From Octopus vulgaris (lineage: Eukaryota), in the NCBI GenBank assembly GCA_951406725.2, contig OX597824.1, forward strand, positions 84,630,001 through 84,694,000: 64,000 bases of DNA, read 5' to 3'. The notes under the pieces were generated by a model. The model was not told the origin of the DNA, ran no database searches, and worked only from the letters and a program-made list of their open reading frames with translations. Position 1 is the stretch's first letter, and every line of letters starts with the position of its first letter. The position numbers and the translations under genes were made by a program. Shown here piece after piece: positions 36,214 through 50,899 of this stretch.

Positions 36214-38655
36214 ACATATCTATATATATATATGTGTGTGTGTGCAGTAGCTGTAATTCAAAGGGTTGGCCTTGTCACATTCTGTGTCACACTGAATCTC
36301 CCGTGAGAACTATTTTAAGGGTATGCATGTGTGTGCAGTGCTCAGTCACACGCATGTTAATTTCACAAGCAGACTGTTCCGTTGGTCAGATTACCTGGAA
36401 CCCTTGTCATTGTCATCGTGAATTTTTTTTTATTTAAATACACACAAACAAAACTACACATAAAAAATAAAGAAGAAATGAGAAAGAGAGAGAGAGAGAG
36501 ATTTTTAAAAATAGTAGGAAAGATATAAAGACCACAGAGATGTGGTTCAATGATTGTTGGTATGGGGCAAGGCAAGGTTAAATTATTCCACTGTAAGATA
36601 TATTCCTTAATAATAACTTGAGAAGTTTTTGGTCTTTAAAAGTATTATCATTGAAAGCAGGAACGCATGCAAAGAGGAGAGACAAATTTTTATTAATAGT
36701 TCCTTCTAATCACAAGAAGGATATAGGCATAAAATAGTCAAATAGATAAGCATTTTGAGTACCAAGTCACAAAGCTTCCGAGTAAGTCACTTCATGTAGT
36801 ATACCTCAGTTCATCCACCTGGAAAGTTACGAGCAATAGGTACAAATCTTCTAGGAATGTTACCTGTAATAGACTGGTGACATATCCAGTAGGAGACTCA
36901 TTTCTTGTAGCTTAATGTCTTGAGATCAGAGTCAGCCACGGTTCCTGCCGAGCTCATGATGACTCCTGGATATATTTACCTTTAACTATGCATATGACAA
37001 TTTATTATCAGCTTGCAGATATCAGCAAACAGTTTTCTCACTGAAATTATAAACAAAACCGACTCATCTGTTTCTGGCTGAGAAGACACATGTGAAAACA
37101 CCAGTGTCTCAGAATCCTTTGTACCAATGAATTGTACTACTTACTTGTATTTGTGGGGACATTCACCCAGGGTGGGTTGAGCTAGCTTTGAACAACAGGT
37201 TCATCACATCCCTCATGAAAGCCGACCACATCCAATGGTTGTTTGCAGATGAGGTTGTCCAGGAGGCAAAGTAATGCTTCTGCCTGTGGCCCCAAGATCT
37301 AGCTTGCAAATTTGACAAATGCCCCACTGGGAGAACAAGTGCATCGGATAGCACAGATGCAGTAGCTGTAGTTGTCATTTGCTATTGCGGTGTAGGGTTC
37401 ATGTTCAGATATTCAGTGGGAATACATGTTCACATGTGGTCACTAAACACATGCAAATGCTTTGGGATTGTGTGATCCACTGCAGCTCATTTTGCTATCA
37501 ATATTCGAGCCATAAAGGATTCACTGAATGGATGAACCAAGTATAGACTCAATGACTATCTAGCAATAGCACAAGCCCTCAGAAATTCTGGGTTGGTGTC
37601 TGGCATACTGGAAGAACACTGGGAGTGAGGCACCCGCTTAGCTTATATTAAGGCATGTTTCAAGAAACAGCATCAATCTAATGAACTGAGTGTATTATGA
37701 ATACATTTTCCATAAAGAAGCTTTTTTCTGTGACAAACACAATAGTGATTAGAATATTTACATTTGAATTTGCTGGAATGCATTCAGAATAAACATGCAA
37801 GTCATCATTTTCGTATTATATTTTTCAACTTAAGTACTGAGAGCAAAACTTGAAACTGGTTGCCTTAGCTGCAGTTTCATTACACACAGTAGAAAGGAAA
37901 ATGAAATAGTGGTAAGGATTTAACCAATCCTGTTCAAAGGTACGACCTCTATTCATGTTGGCAAATATAAACCTAATACTTATATTTGTAGTGAAAGAAG
38001 AATAAAAACAAGTTATTTAAATGACACTCTGAAATGGTGGATAAAGAAGTAAAGATATTGGATATTATAGGTAATTGAAGTTAAACTGTTTACAGATCAG
38101 ATTAGCAGCAGTAGTTGGATTATGTACCACTCTGAAGAACAGAATAACAGATGTTTGACAGATTTTAGTAGAATCAAAACAACAAAAGGTTAATATGTTA
38201 GATGCAGAAAAGAGAAGATCTTAAGATCATAATTTTCCAGGTTATTAACCTGTCTTTAGAGATGTATTTTTAATATTTACATTTACATATGTTATGATCA
38301 AAGATTAAACTTATCAAAATGTAGTTTAGATGTAAATATTAAAGAGAATGTTCATCTTTAAGGTTGAAGTTATCAGCCTTAAAAATCATAATTATTATTG
38401 ACAAACTTATCTCAGACATTTAGACAAAGTAAATATTTACAAATATTTACAACCCACCACCACCAATAAATAAGTAAATAAAATTAGCTTATGACTAAAG
38501 AAAGACGGGTCCTTTCAAGTGTCAAAATATTTCAGATAGAATGTTAACCTGTTTGCTCACATCATGTTAGATAACATTTGGCACTTACAATATTTCTTTT
38601 GAGATAAGGTAGACTTAGTCAATGATATATGAAAAAAAGGAAATGACTAGTTTAC

Positions 38656-38805
38656 CTTCACTCCCTCAATACGGAATCCAAGAGAGGAAGACGAACTTAT
38701 GTTTTCTCGCCATTGCATATACCGTGGTTTCGAGATTGCTCTTAATTCTTGTTCTTCTGGAGTAGGTGCAGATGGGTCAATATCAACCATTTTCTCATAC
38801 ATATC
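38656..38805 (-). CDS. IP3K: IP3 3-kinase exon (IP-binding lobe)
   Basis: [50 protein letters not shown]; 150 nt, AG/GT, phase 0-0. Confidence 0.96.
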
Positions 38806-39007
38806 CTACAGCAACAAAGCAAAAGATGTTCAGAACGAATGACAACAGTGGACACTGAATTTGGAAACACTTTAAATTAATTTAAACAGTTAATAATATA
38901 AGGAATATTTATATACTGATTCGCTAGTGTAATGGTAACACACTTAGTCGCATTAACAAAGGGATGTGGGTTCGACTCGCAGGCAGATAGGAAAGCCTTC
39001 TTTTTTA

Positions 39008-39368
39008 TAGGTGCAGGAGTGGCTGTGTGGTAAGTAGCCTGCTTACCAACCACATGGTTCCGGGTTCAGTCCAACTGCGTGGCACCTTGGGCAAGTGTCT
39101 TCTACTATAGCCTCAGGCCAACTAAAGCCTTGTGAGTGGATTTGGTAGACGGAAACTGAAAGAAGCCCATTGTATATATATGTGTGTGTTTGTCCCCCCA
39201 ACATCGCTTGACAACCGATGCTGGTGTGTTTACGTCCCAGTAACTTAGTGGTTTGGCAAAAGACACCAATAAAATAAGTACTAGGCTTACAAAGAATAAG
39301 TCCTGGGGTCAATTTGCTCGACCAAAGGCAGTGCTCCAGCATGGCCACAGTCAAATGACTGAAAAGAG
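39008..39368 (+). mobile_element. SINE family B, full length (older copy follows at ~39435-39790)
   Basis: Head GGTGCAGGAGTGGCTGTGTGGTAAG; body as in other copies. Confidence 0.87.
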
Positions 39369-40479
39369 TAATACTGTAATTTCTATACACTTAATATGAC
39401 CATATCACCATCAATATCAAAAGTGTTAATCAGTTGCAGGCTTCAGTGAGTGGTAAGAAGTTTACTTCCTAACCACATGGTTCCAAGTTCAGCCCCATTG
39501 AATGGCACCTTGGGCAAGTGTCTTCTACTATAGCCTCAAGCCAACCAAAGCCTTGTGAATGGATTTGATAGATGGAAATTGAAAGAAGCCAGTTGTGTGC
39601 ATGTGTGGGGTGTGTGAGTGTGTGTGTGTGTGTCTTTATGTGTCTGACCCCCACCACTGACTGACAACCAGCATAGGTGTGTTTACAAACAAAAAAAGTA
39701 TTGGAGTTGACTCATTTCACTAGGGTTCTTCAAGGTGGTGCCCCAGCATGGCCACACTCTAATGCGTGAAACATGTAAAAGATATAAGATATCATTGTCA
39801 CATGTCCTTTATTTCCATGATAGCCTGTTTAGGATACAGAAGCCTTCCACTTCCCTGTATTTTACATTGCATGATGTAATAGCTGGTTTTTTACAAGATA
39901 CTCTTCTTGCTGCTAAATGCTATGGGACACACACTGGGTACTTTTATCATGAGAGCAACTCTCTATCAGCAGTATTTCATCCCCTTCCCCAGAATTTCAG
40001 GCCTTGTGCCTTTAATAGAAAGGAAAAGCAGTATGTGTAAATGTTGAACTCTTTTATACCAGATGTCAGTTCAGTTTGATATGAATGAAAATTCCATATA
40101 GATCGGATACATTTATTTAATCAGGGTCAGAAGCTACTGGTTGAATGTTTGATATGAATACAAATAATGCTGATTCACCTCTTACTTTTAAATTTTATAA
40201 TGTAAATGAAAAATTGTTGTATACAGTGCTTGGGTGCACTACAATGCAATTGTAATTCTAAGAATTTATTATTTTCAAAAATCTGTCAAGTTCATACATT
40301 GATACTTATCAACAAATGAGTGGATACATTTGAGATAAACTAGTTCTATACAAACTATATCCATTCAATCAAGAAAAACAAAGTAGCACTGAGCTCATTT
40401 TAACACATATTTTCAGGTTTAAACTTTCTATTCAAATAATCTTCTATACTATCTATAGAATTATGAAAGGAAAAGAAAG

Positions 40480-40579
<100 letters not shown>

Positions 40580-40602
40580 GTGGGGGAGTTATAATTCATC
40601 AA

Positions 40603-40829
40603 AGGCAGCGGGCTGGCAGAAACGCTAGCATGCCGGGTGAAATGCTTAGCAGTATTTCGTCTGCAGTATGAGTTCAAATTCTGCCGAGGTCGACTTTGCC
40701 TTTCATCCTTTCGGGGTTGATAATTTAAGTACCAGTTACGCACTGGGGTCGATAATATCGACTTAATCCCTTTGTCTGTCCTTGTTTGTCCCCTCTATGT
40801 TTAGCCCCTTGTGGGTAATAAAGAAATAA
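40603..40829 (+). mobile_element. SINE family A with TSD GGA(G/A)TTATAATTCATCAAA
   Basis: Homology to family A plus flanking direct repeat. Confidence 0.87.
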
Positions 40830-41182
40830 GGAATTATAATTCATCAAATCACTCCAAGCCAACCAGTTTTGTTAATGAAGGAAACGAACTATAAGTATTG
40901 ATCTGTAGATCTGATCTGGCAGAACCAGAGAGTGAAATTATTCTGGGTTGATATTCCCTATGATTTCAAAGCAGGAATGCTTCTGTAGCTTAGGTATTGA
41001 AAATAGGAAACAGAAGAAATATTTTAATGCTCTCATGCATAATAAAAAAAAAAAAAAAATGTAAAACATAAATATGTCTTTAAAGAAAGCGAGACAGAAT
41101 AGAAATTGAGGTTAAAAGACAAAACAAAGAACAACCATTCCTTACAGTTCAAAATAGTAATCTCTATTAAACTAGTACATAC

Positions 41183-41310
41183 AGAGCGAAGTTTAGGGTT
41201 TTCTCTGGCCTTCTTCAACTCATCCTCTAAATATGTCCGAATTCCCATCTTTACATCCATCACACAAGGAGAGTCAAAAGGAGCAAGTAAATCTTCCAGT
41301 TGAAGAAATT
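41183..41310 (-). CDS. IP3K: IP3 3-kinase exon carrying the PxxxDxKxG motif
   Basis: [43 protein letters not shown]; 128 nt, phase 1-0, AG/GT. Confidence 0.96.
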
Positions 41311-41539
41311 CTAATGAAGAAAGAAAAATATATATGTATTCAGTGGTTAATAAACAATTTCTTTTTGGAAAGATATTTGCTATAGGTTTATTCCTTCATC
41401 TGCAGTTCAATATGAAAAACTAAAATTAAGATATAATTTTTTTTAAAATGTTGTGACCATATATAAGACAATAATTAGTTTTATTTTTTTCTAAAATGAA
41501 AGCATATAGAAAAATATTGTAGTTGCAGTGCTTGGATAC

Positions 41540-42718
41540 CATATACCATTGATGAAGAAGCTTTCACTCTTTTGGTCAAAAAGCCATCAACAGTAGATAT
41601 GGCGTCATCATTACTGTGATATTAGTTCTCACCGAAGTGTTTTTTCATGTTAGGGAACAGATGATAGTTAGATGGGACCAAATCAGGAGAATAGGGTGCA
41701 TGATCAGCCAGTTCAAAACCACATTCATGCACAGCAGCCATTGAAACCAAGGACTTGTGTGCTGGAACATTGCCCAGATGAAACAAGACCCCTTTTGTCA
41801 GTTTTCCCGGGGGTTTGGCTTTGATAGCCTTTTGTAACTGCCCCAGCAAGTTAGCATAGTACACTCAATTGATGGCATAGCCCTTTTGAAGATAGTCAAT
41901 AAACAATACTTTTGCATCCCCTAAAACTGAGGCCATCACCTTTCCTGCAGATGAAATGATCTTGGCCTTCTTTGGAGCAGGTGAAGAGGGGTGTTTCCAC
42001 GGCATGAATTGTTTCTTTGTCCCTGGCTCAAAGTGACGAAGCCAACACTCATCTTGGCCTAGGAAACGTTGAGGAAACCAGCTAGATTTGCCTCAAACAA
42101 TGTCAGATTTTCCTGTTATGTGATCAGCCTGGGGCTCTTTTGATCAGGTGTCAGAAGACATCGCACCCACTGAACAGAAACCTTCATCATGCCAAGTTCA
42201 CTGTGCAGAACATTTCTCAATTCTCTCACAGGATAAGCTAGTAGCATTGGCTATTTGGTTTATAATCAATCACTTGTCATCCATCAACATGTGGTGGACA
42301 CGATCAATATTTTCCTCAGTGGTGGCAATTCCAGGACGTCCAGACCTTGGGCCATCTTCAAGACTCTTCCTGCCCCTCCTAAATTCAGCTGCCTAACTTT
42401 GCACTGTTGATAAAGCTGGAGCTTCACCCACTAATGTAACAAACATGGATCTCCTTGGGAGCAAAACCTTTTTTCTGCAGGTAATTGTGGGCTCAAGCCT
42501 TTTTCTGCAGGTACTTGGTAATGCCACTACGCCAAATTTTGTCCATTTTTAAGAGAAGCCACTACTAGTTAATTTTGAAGTCTTCTTTGAACAGTCAGAT
42601 GTCAGTTTACCTGGAAAGAAACAATGTAGCTATTAAGCTAAAATTAATGTGCGCAAGATTTCACAGCTTTAGCCTCACTCCTTTATAATCAGCCTATGGA
42701 CTTTTCAGCCCACCCTCA
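41540..42718 (-). mobile_element. Decayed mariner transposon (transposase pseudogene)
   Basis: SAGKVMASVF, YYANLL..L..AIKAK..GKLTKGVLFH..N.PAHKS, HAPYSPDLVPSNYHLF; terminal GAGGGTGGGCTGAAAAGTCCA TIR-like sequence at ~42718; partial duplicate at 42836-42960. Confidence 0.88.
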
Positions 42719-42979
42719 TCTGTGTATATATGTATATGAACACACACAGATGTTTGTTTTTATTTTATAACAAAAAAACAATTATGCATTAAACAGAAAG
42801 ATAACTCAATACTTTTGTCTAAGAATACAAAGATAGTCAATAAACAAAACTTTTACATCCCACAAAACAGGCCATCACCTTTCCTGCAGATGAAATGACC
42901 TTGGCCTTCTTTGGAGCAGGTGAAGAGGGGTGTTTCCACTGCATGAATTGTTTCTTTGTCTATATAGTGTTGACAGTGG

Positions 42980-43380
42980 GCTTTATATAGTCTCTGTCAA
43001 GTTAAAATTTTTTAGGGTAGGCTGAGCTCTGTTGAATGATAATGAGCTTGTAGGGCAAGATGTGACAGACAGGTGTTATGGAAAATATTTATCGATTAAA
43101 TATGGGGTTGTGCTATTGTTCAGAATTTGTAATCACATGGATTACGAAGTTTTACATATATGAATAAATTCTAAACAATAACAGAACACCAAATTTAATC
43201 AATAAAAATTTTCCATCTACAACCTAACCCTGCAACTTAATTGTTATTCAATTGTTATCAATTGTTATTCAGCTTACTCTAGAAAATTTTAACTTAACAG
43301 AAACTACATAAAACTAAAATGATTGCAAATGTTCTACAGTCCAATGATAACTCAGCTGGCTGAAACTTTGAAGTCACTCT
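42980..43380. mobile_element. Penelope-like remnant with inverted segments and a degenerate hammerhead (43338-43378, +)
   Basis: 42988-43011 inverted relative to 43283-43306; AGTCCAATGATAACTCAGCTGGCTGAAACTTTGAAGTCACT. Confidence 0.5.
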
Positions 43381-43571
43381 TGATATAGACTATAGAATAA
43401 TTTATGTATGTGTGTATACACACACACACATATATAAACATATACATACATACATAAGCACACACATATATATACATATATAAACATATACACACATATA
43501 TAAACATGTACATATATATATACACATAAATATAAACATATATATACACATAAATATAAACACACACACAC

Positions 43572-43621
<50 letters not shown>

Positions 43622-44194
43622 GTATATGTATATAATACAAATAAGAAAATGGAGAAACAAATTAAGTTTGTTCATCAACTTTCGGATATTATAATGTTGG
43701 ATTATTTATTCATTTAACAAAATGAGAACATCAATAGCATACATATATATTTTATGATTCAATACATATATGATATAAGAATACAAATTATAAAAGTCAT
43801 AATATAAATTATTGAAATTATTAAAATCACACCCATAACCCCTATCTTACTTTGTATATATATATATATATAAACATCCACTCATAAAGATTTGATCAGC
43901 CTAGGGCTATGGTAGAAGACATTTGCCCAAGGTGCCATACAGTGGGACCGAACCTGGAACCAGATGGTTGGAAAGCAAACTTCTGAACATTCAGCCATGT
44001 CTGCACCTTTTTACAGCACCAAAATATGATCTGCAAAGTGAACCAGAACACCACTCTAACTCTCGGATTAACAGATAAGCAGAGGAATAGCTATGCACTA
44101 AATGGCTGATCAATTTTGATTTCTTAAGATGTTTCAAACTTTTCAAGGATGAAATGAAATCAACTGAACCAATTTCAGTATGTATTATAACAAC

Positions 44195-44470
44195 ACTGGA
44201 CTGGCTCCTGTGCAGGTGGCACGTAAAAAACACCATTTGAGTGTGACCGTTGCCAGTACTGCCTGACAGGCCCTTGTGCCGGTTGTACATAAAAGCACCC
44301 ATTACACTCTCGGAGTGGTTGGTGTTAGGAAGGGCATCGAGCTGTAGAAACTCTGCCAGATCAAGATTGGAGCCTGGTGCAGCCATCTGGTTCGCCAGTC
44401 CTCAGTCAAATCGTCCAACCCATGCTAGCATGGAAAGTGGATGTTAAATGATGATGATGATGATGATGAT
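44195..44470 (+). mobile_element. SINE family C
   Basis: Homology to other copies; (GAT)n tail. Confidence 0.8.
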
Positions 44471-44528
44471 GGAGGAAAGAATGCAAAGTAAATCTTGACA
44501 GATTCGAACATAAGGATGAGACTAGATA

Positions 44529-45065
44529 TTAGGTTGACAAAAAAGTTTGTGCACCGTATTAAAATAATGCTTTTTATATATTTTTGTGGTGCGTGTGTTC
44601 ATTCAGTTCATGTCATGTTCAATGGTGACTCACTGTTGAAAAGTATCCAAGACTTGTTCATTGAAAACGAGCTTTGTTTCAACAAGACAATGCAAAGCCG
44701 CACACCAGCAGGAAGACCAGCAACAAGATTGAAGAATCGGATGGAATTTCGGCCACATCCAGCCTATAGTCCAAACGTTGCTCCATCTGACTACGGCCTC
44801 TTCCAATCAATGCAGCACTTTATGAAAGGTCACCGATTTAAGTCATTCGATGAAGCTGAAGAAACCTGTCAAGGATTTTTTAAATTCAAAACCGAAGGAT
44901 TGGTACTTTGACCAAATCCCAAAGCTTATATATTGTTGGCAGAAGGTTGTGGAAAATGATGGTCTTTATTTTGAAGAATAGATGTTGTTTTTGAATAAAT
45001 TCTTCCATATTCCATAAAAAAAATCATTATTTTAACACAGCACACAAACTTTTTCCTCAACCTGG
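44529..45065 (+). mobile_element. Internally deleted mariner element
   Basis: TA-flanked TIRs TTAGGTTGACAAAAAAGTTTGTG / CACAAACTTTTTCCTCAACCTGG; FQQDNAKPH, HPAYSPNVAPSDYGLF, WQKVVENDGLYFEE* with frameshifts. Confidence 0.88.
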
Positions 45066-45183
45066 TACTATAAGATTTGTATCATTGGTACTACAAGTAC
45101 CATTTTCGCCAGTTCATTACCCTAACAGAGATATTTATGTTAACCAATGAAATAACGGAAAATAATTAAATAGTTATACTAAC

Positions 45184-45327
45184 TTTCACCATTTTCTTTG
45201 ACTACTTCACCCCGAGCTGCAGGAATAAATGCTGTCAAATTGTCATTTTCCAGTACCTCGTAGCATTTTTGTTCGTTCGTATTCAGCTTCTTCAGAATTG
45301 TTCCATGTTCTCCAGCTTGAAAACAGC
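45184..45327 (-). CDS. IP3K: IP3 3-kinase exon
   Basis: GCFQAGEHGTILKKLNTNEQKCYEVLENDNLTAFIPAARGEVVKENGE; 144 nt, phase 1-1, CAG/GTTAGT. Confidence 0.92.
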
Positions 45328-46344
45328 CTGAGAAAAACCAAGCGGGACAGTTGGTTTACTAATGTACTACTAACAAACTGCAACCAATTAAACAATCATT
45401 TACAATTTTACCATCATTAATACAAATAAATAAATAAATAAATAAATAAAACATAAAAGAAAGAAAAAACAAACTGAATTATATGCTGTCATAAGATTGG
45501 TCAAGGGAAATAAAAAAAAAAAAAAGTTTTCTTTTGAGTGGAAACTATGATCAAATAGCACTCGAGACATCAAAAACCTGATTTTACAACTAATTCCAAG
45601 CTTTCAAATACACTACTACTACTACAACACTGTTGTCTGAACTCATCTCTCCCTCACTACTGGGTGAATGTCAGGATAATTACAAGTAAATAACAAATGA
45701 GAAACTGTTGCATCTGTCTCAGTCTGGAAATATTTCTATTGATTTCTGATAGCAGTCATTTTTAACAATTTTTTTCTTCTACAGGTCTGATGAGCTGTGA
45801 TTCACTCTCAGTAAGTTCCTGTGAATTGAAATTCAATGTGGATCATATGTCCACAGAGTATGAAGCATGTCAGAAACAACATTTTTCTGAGTGCCACCCT
45901 GCATTCCACGGAACACCCTGATTGCCACACTACTTAACACATATCCTGACTGTCACACAGTATCCCACACATGTCCTGACTGTTATACTGCATTTCCACA
46001 AATGTCATGACTTGCACATTCTATGTATTGACTACCACTACATCATATCTCACACGCAATGCCCTGACTGTTACATTATATTCTATACAACATGTTCCAA
46101 ATGCTATATTGCAATACAATAAGACCTACCAACCAGTCTACATTTCATGCTACATCCTTCAAATGCTAAAATATATTCCATATAATATATTTTGATGATT
46201 ACAATACATTTCATACAACCACTGTATAAGGGAACACACTGAGTGGTCTTGATAAAAACACAAGCATATCTCTATCAACTGGCTGTTTCAATGTCCTTAG
46301 CATAACCAAGCAGTACTGACCTGAGCTACCCAATAACAACTATA

Positions 46345-46760
46345 TTCTTTACTCTTTCATTTGTTTCAGTCATTTCGACTGTGGCCATGCTGGAGCACCG
46401 CCTTTAGTCGAGCAAATCAACCCCAGAACTTATTCTTTGTAAGCCTAGTACTTATTCTATCGGTCTCTTTTGCCGAACCACCAAGTTACTGGGACGTAAA
46501 CACACCAGCATCGGTTGTCAAGCGATGTTGCAGGGGGGGGGGGGGAGAGACAAACACAGACACACAAATATACACACACACATACATACATATATACGAT
46601 GGGCTTCTTTCAGTTTCCGTCTACCAAATCCACTCACAAGGCTTTGGTCGGCCCAAGGCTATAGTAGAAGACACTTGCCCAAGGTGCCACGCAGTGGGAC
46701 TGAACCCAGAACCATGTGGTTGGTAAACAAGCTACTTACCACACAGCCACTCCTACACCT
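46345..46760 (-). mobile_element. SINE family B, full length
   Basis: Homology to other copies. Confidence 0.88.
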
Positions 46761-46930
46761 ATGTTGCTTTCCCTGAAAAAAATTAAATCTTTCTCTAACA
46801 TTTCTTTTTCCTGTTACTGCCTTTCACCCAACTTTGACTAGAGACAAACTTTACTTAATTTATTTTAAAAGGAACATAAGAAGGATTTAGATTTTTGCAG
46901 TCTGCCACTCCTTAAAAAAACTGGCATCTA

Positions 46931-47128
46931 CCTATTTCTTTATTACCCACAAGGGGCCAAACAAGGACAGACATAGGTATTAAGTCGATTACATCAACCC
47001 CAGTGCGTAACTGGTACTTAATTTATCGACCCCGAAAGGATGAAAGGCAAAGTCGACCTCGGCGGAATTTGAACTCAGAACGTAGCGGCAGACGAAATAC
47101 GGCTATGCATTTCACCTGGCGTGCTAAC
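46931..47128 (-). mobile_element. SINE family A, 5'-truncated, TSD CTGG(C/T)ATCTACC
   Basis: Homology to family A plus flanking repeat. Confidence 0.85.
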
Positions 47129-47749
47129 TGGTATCTACCATCTTAGTAACCCCACTCAAGAAGCTAAAATATTTTAAATACTATAAAGGATCAGATGACA
47201 TTACTTTATTTTCTCCATACTATCTCAGTTTCAACTGACTTAACAAAATGCATCAACACCCAAATCTCATTTCCTCTAAGATTAATGGTGCTGCTTACAT
47301 GCTGCATGGATACACCCTGATACTGATCAGTCAAACTACTGACAACATTTATTACACTTGTGTGTAGGGTTAGTAAATATGTTATATATTTGCATCCAGA
47401 AAAGAATTTTGACTTCACTGTGAAAGAATTCCTGAAAAATATCCTAAGCCAACAAGAAAATATGGTTTGGAGAGACACAAGATAACTATATCAACTGTCA
47501 TGTGAAAATATCTTAACAAGTTAACTCAATGTTAGCAGAAAAATTGGATTAGGATTTTCCTAATCTGTTCTTTATGCAATTTACAACTGGAGTCTCTGAA
47601 TCAAAAATTGAAAATGAATTAAGGGAAAATAACATTAGAAGAGTTTATCTTTCAATAAAGGTTCAACCAAGATTATATTTTAAATGAAGTAAATTGGAGT
47701 TCTTACAAACAAAATCAACCTTTTGCTTCCACCGAGATTCCGTTTTTTT

Positions 47750-48107
47750 TGGCCGATGCCAGCGCCGCCTTGACTGGCTTCAGTGCCGGTGGCACGTAAA
47801 AAGCACCATCCGAACGTGGCCAATGCCAGCACCGCCTTGGATGGCTTCCATGCCGGTGGCACGTTAAAAGCACCGACTGATCGTGGCCGATGCCAGACTC
47901 CCCTGGCACCTGTGCAGGTGGCACATAAAAAGCACCCACTACACTCGCGGAGTGGTTGGCGTTAGGAAGGGCATCCAGCTGTAGAAACACTGCCAGATCA
48001 GACTGGAGCCTGGTGCAGCCCCTGGCTTCCCAGACCCCGGTCGAACCGTCCAACCCATGCTAGCGCGGAAAACGGACATTAAACGATGATGATGATGATG
48101 ATGATGT
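47750..48107 (+). mobile_element. SINE family C with ~3 tandem units
   Basis: Homology to other copies; (GAT)n tail. Confidence 0.82.
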
Positions 48108-49089
48108 TATTTACACAGAAGAAAGTGTTTCTATAAAAGCTTGACAATGCAGCCTACTTGCAGAGGTTTTTAACAAGAAACTACTGTTTCATTACCAGTT
48201 AGTCTTAATTGCATGTGATTTGGTTATATTTATCCTGAAAGTGATATAGTATCCTGTTAAAGTGATGCATGACTGAGTACAGTATAGTTAAATGCCATTT
48301 GGCTGAGTGTTGTAATTCATGTCATCGATGTTTGACTCTAGTTCAACTCCAACCAAGCAAACAGATGTTCAATGACATTCCAGGATGGGCCATCTTGTCT
48401 ATTTGTATATTTCAGAAGACAGTGTGAAATGTGATTCTTCCCATGTTAAAAGGACAGAATGTGACTTCATGGAATTTGGTCACTAAATTGCAGGTCAATT
48501 GACTACATGGAAGTTCCCTCATTGGCTTGGTGTAGTTTGATGAGGCCTAATAAGAACGAAACGTGTTTGACATTGTCAGTATACAGCCAAAAATCAATGT
48601 CAACCACCATCATTTAATGTCCATTTCCCATATTGGCATGGGTTTGATGGCTTGACTAGATCATGTTCCTTATCAGCTTTGGCACAGTTTCTATGGCTGG
48701 ATGTCTTTCCTAACACCAACCAATTTACAGTGTGTCCTGAGTACTTTTTATATGCCACTGGAACTAGTGGAGTTTCCAAGTAACTTGCATGACTGGAAAC
48801 AAAAAAAAAATCAAAAAAAAAAAGGAAAAAAGGGAGACCAGCCCTCTTGACCAAATGAAGGCAATATTTAAGAGGGTGGAGAGTGATTTTGTGCCAGGGA
48901 CAAGCAAAGGTAGGGGTATCTTGTTATAGAGACAATAGACGGTTATTCTACATTTAAATAAGGGTACCTCAGGAAAAGGTGAGATGGTAGTGTGCAAGCA
49001 AGATCCACTGCATTCCATTTCTAATTAATTTTAATTCCAGAGTTGTTTCTCTCGTCTTTCTTGATCAGAAATAATCATTAAGCTAATTA

Positions 49090-49230
49090 TAAGGTTGTCC
49101 CAAAAGTTCGTAGAAAGTCTTGGAAAATAATGGTCTTTATTTTGAGGAATAATTTTTGTTGTTTTTGTTAGTACTTGGCGAGTAAAAATTCAATTTTCGC
49201 AAGTGTTTACGAACTTTTGGGACAACCTAA
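49090..49230 (+). mobile_element. Mariner-derived MITE, second copy
   Basis: Reverse complement of 16480-16630 except for a short internal duplication; TA on both sides. Confidence 0.9.
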
Positions 49231-49634
49231 TATTATGGGGTTTTTTTTCTTGACTAATTACATTAAGCATATCAGTGTCTGCTTTACTATCAAGTGTAAG
49301 TACATAGCCTTAATGTTTAGTGTGTTGGACTCGTGATCATAAGATTGTGATTTCGATTCTTGGCCCAGGCAATGCATTGTATTCTTGAGCAAAACCTTTC
49401 TTTTCACATTGCTTCAGTTTATTCAACTGCAAATAGGTTGCAGTATTAGCAGCTGGGAAGTTAACTTTGCAATGGACCAGTGTTCCATTCAAGAGAGAGA
49501 GTGTTGTAATCTCAGTTGCTTATAAGCTACAGAAACCAGGTTAATCCTTGATTTTGTAAGTCTTAGGTATCATAACTATCAAAGAAATGTAGCCTATTTG
49601 AATGCAACTTGCCAAAATTAATGAAGATGATTAC

Positions 49635-49734
49635 CTTGATGACCTGCCAATTGGACCCATGGATATTTCCTTTTCTTCAGTTGTTGCAAGAAAGGGCTCC
49701 AAGTAACTGCACTTCTGATTTTCTTCCAATGATA
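49635..49734 (-). CDS. IP3K: IP3 3-kinase exon (most 5' exon identified)
   Basis: [34 protein letters not shown] contains the conserved W.K......WSPF (calmodulin-binding region in ITPKs) and YPWVQLAGH motifs; 100 nt, phase 0-1, CAG/GTAAT. Confidence 0.95.
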
Positions 49735-50899
49735 CTGTAAGAGATAGAATTAGTAACATAAGTTCAAGTCTAACAAATTGATCATCTTAAACAAAAGTCT
49801 AAAAATACATCTCCTTAATAAGAGTCACTTTATTGATTTTATTAAAGTTATAGGCACTGACATAGCCATGTGGTGAATAATTTTTCTTCACAATCATATG
49901 GTTCCTGGTTCAATCCCACAGTAGGGTATCTTGTGTCTTCAACTACAGCTGTGGGTTGACTGTGGATTTTTGAATGAAACTTGATAGACAGAAATTGAGT
50001 GCAAGCTTATCATTACTGCTGCAGCTGTATCATTGTTATCATCATTTTATGTCTGCTTTTCCATGTTGTCATGGGTTGGATTAGTAGTCATAAATAGGGT
50101 CAGTTCTTATTCAGAGTTACTGCCCTCCAACTTTTCATTTTTTGGCATGGAGTGTATGGCTGGATGCTCTTCCTATGGGCAACCATTTTACAGAGTGTAC
50201 TAGGGGCATTTTATCATGACATTGGCACTAAAAAAGAGTTTCTTTTCCCTAGCAAAACTAAGAAGTCATCTCTAACCTGTGTTGTTTCTGATTGCTTGCA
50301 CACTAGAACCAAGGGTTTATCACATGGTTGGTAGGTAGGTAGGTAGGTAGGTAGGTAGATGAATGGATGGATAGATAGGTAGAAACAGAGAGAGAGAGAA
50401 AGAGAGAGAGGATGATAGATAGTATCATGATAATTAATGGACAATGGAAAGTGAGAGAGAATGAAGGGGGAGAGAAAGTGATGAATATCAACAATATGTG
50501 GTAGAGGAAGGAGTCAATATGAGAGATGGGGAGATAGATAACAATAAATATGGGTGATAGTAACTGAATGGAAGAGACAGATGTCAACAATGAATAATAC
50601 AGGGTGGGGGAGTAATAGGAAGGAGAGTGATGGCATGTAATACAGAAGCTAAGATTGAATATAGGCAGATCCAATTCAATGCCAGCCATTGTTAAATAGC
50701 CAACATGATGGCTGAGAGATAGTTGCTGTAGAGATGTACATTGACAGAAAAAGGGGATAAGTGATAGATGAGAGAATAGAGAAAATAAGAAGAGACCCTC
50801 CAAAAGGAAGAGAGGAGGAGAGAAATATATGGAGACTTAATATGACCATAATGGTTGGTAAACATTAAATGTAGATATTATATATTCCAAGCTCCATCA

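Noticed and set aside
38918-38990. Possible tRNA gene (A-box TAGTGTAATGG, D-stem GTGT/ACAC, B-box GGTTCGACTC)
   Set aside because: T-stem has mismatches and no acceptor or anticodon stem can be formed; more likely a tRNA pseudogene or SINE head.
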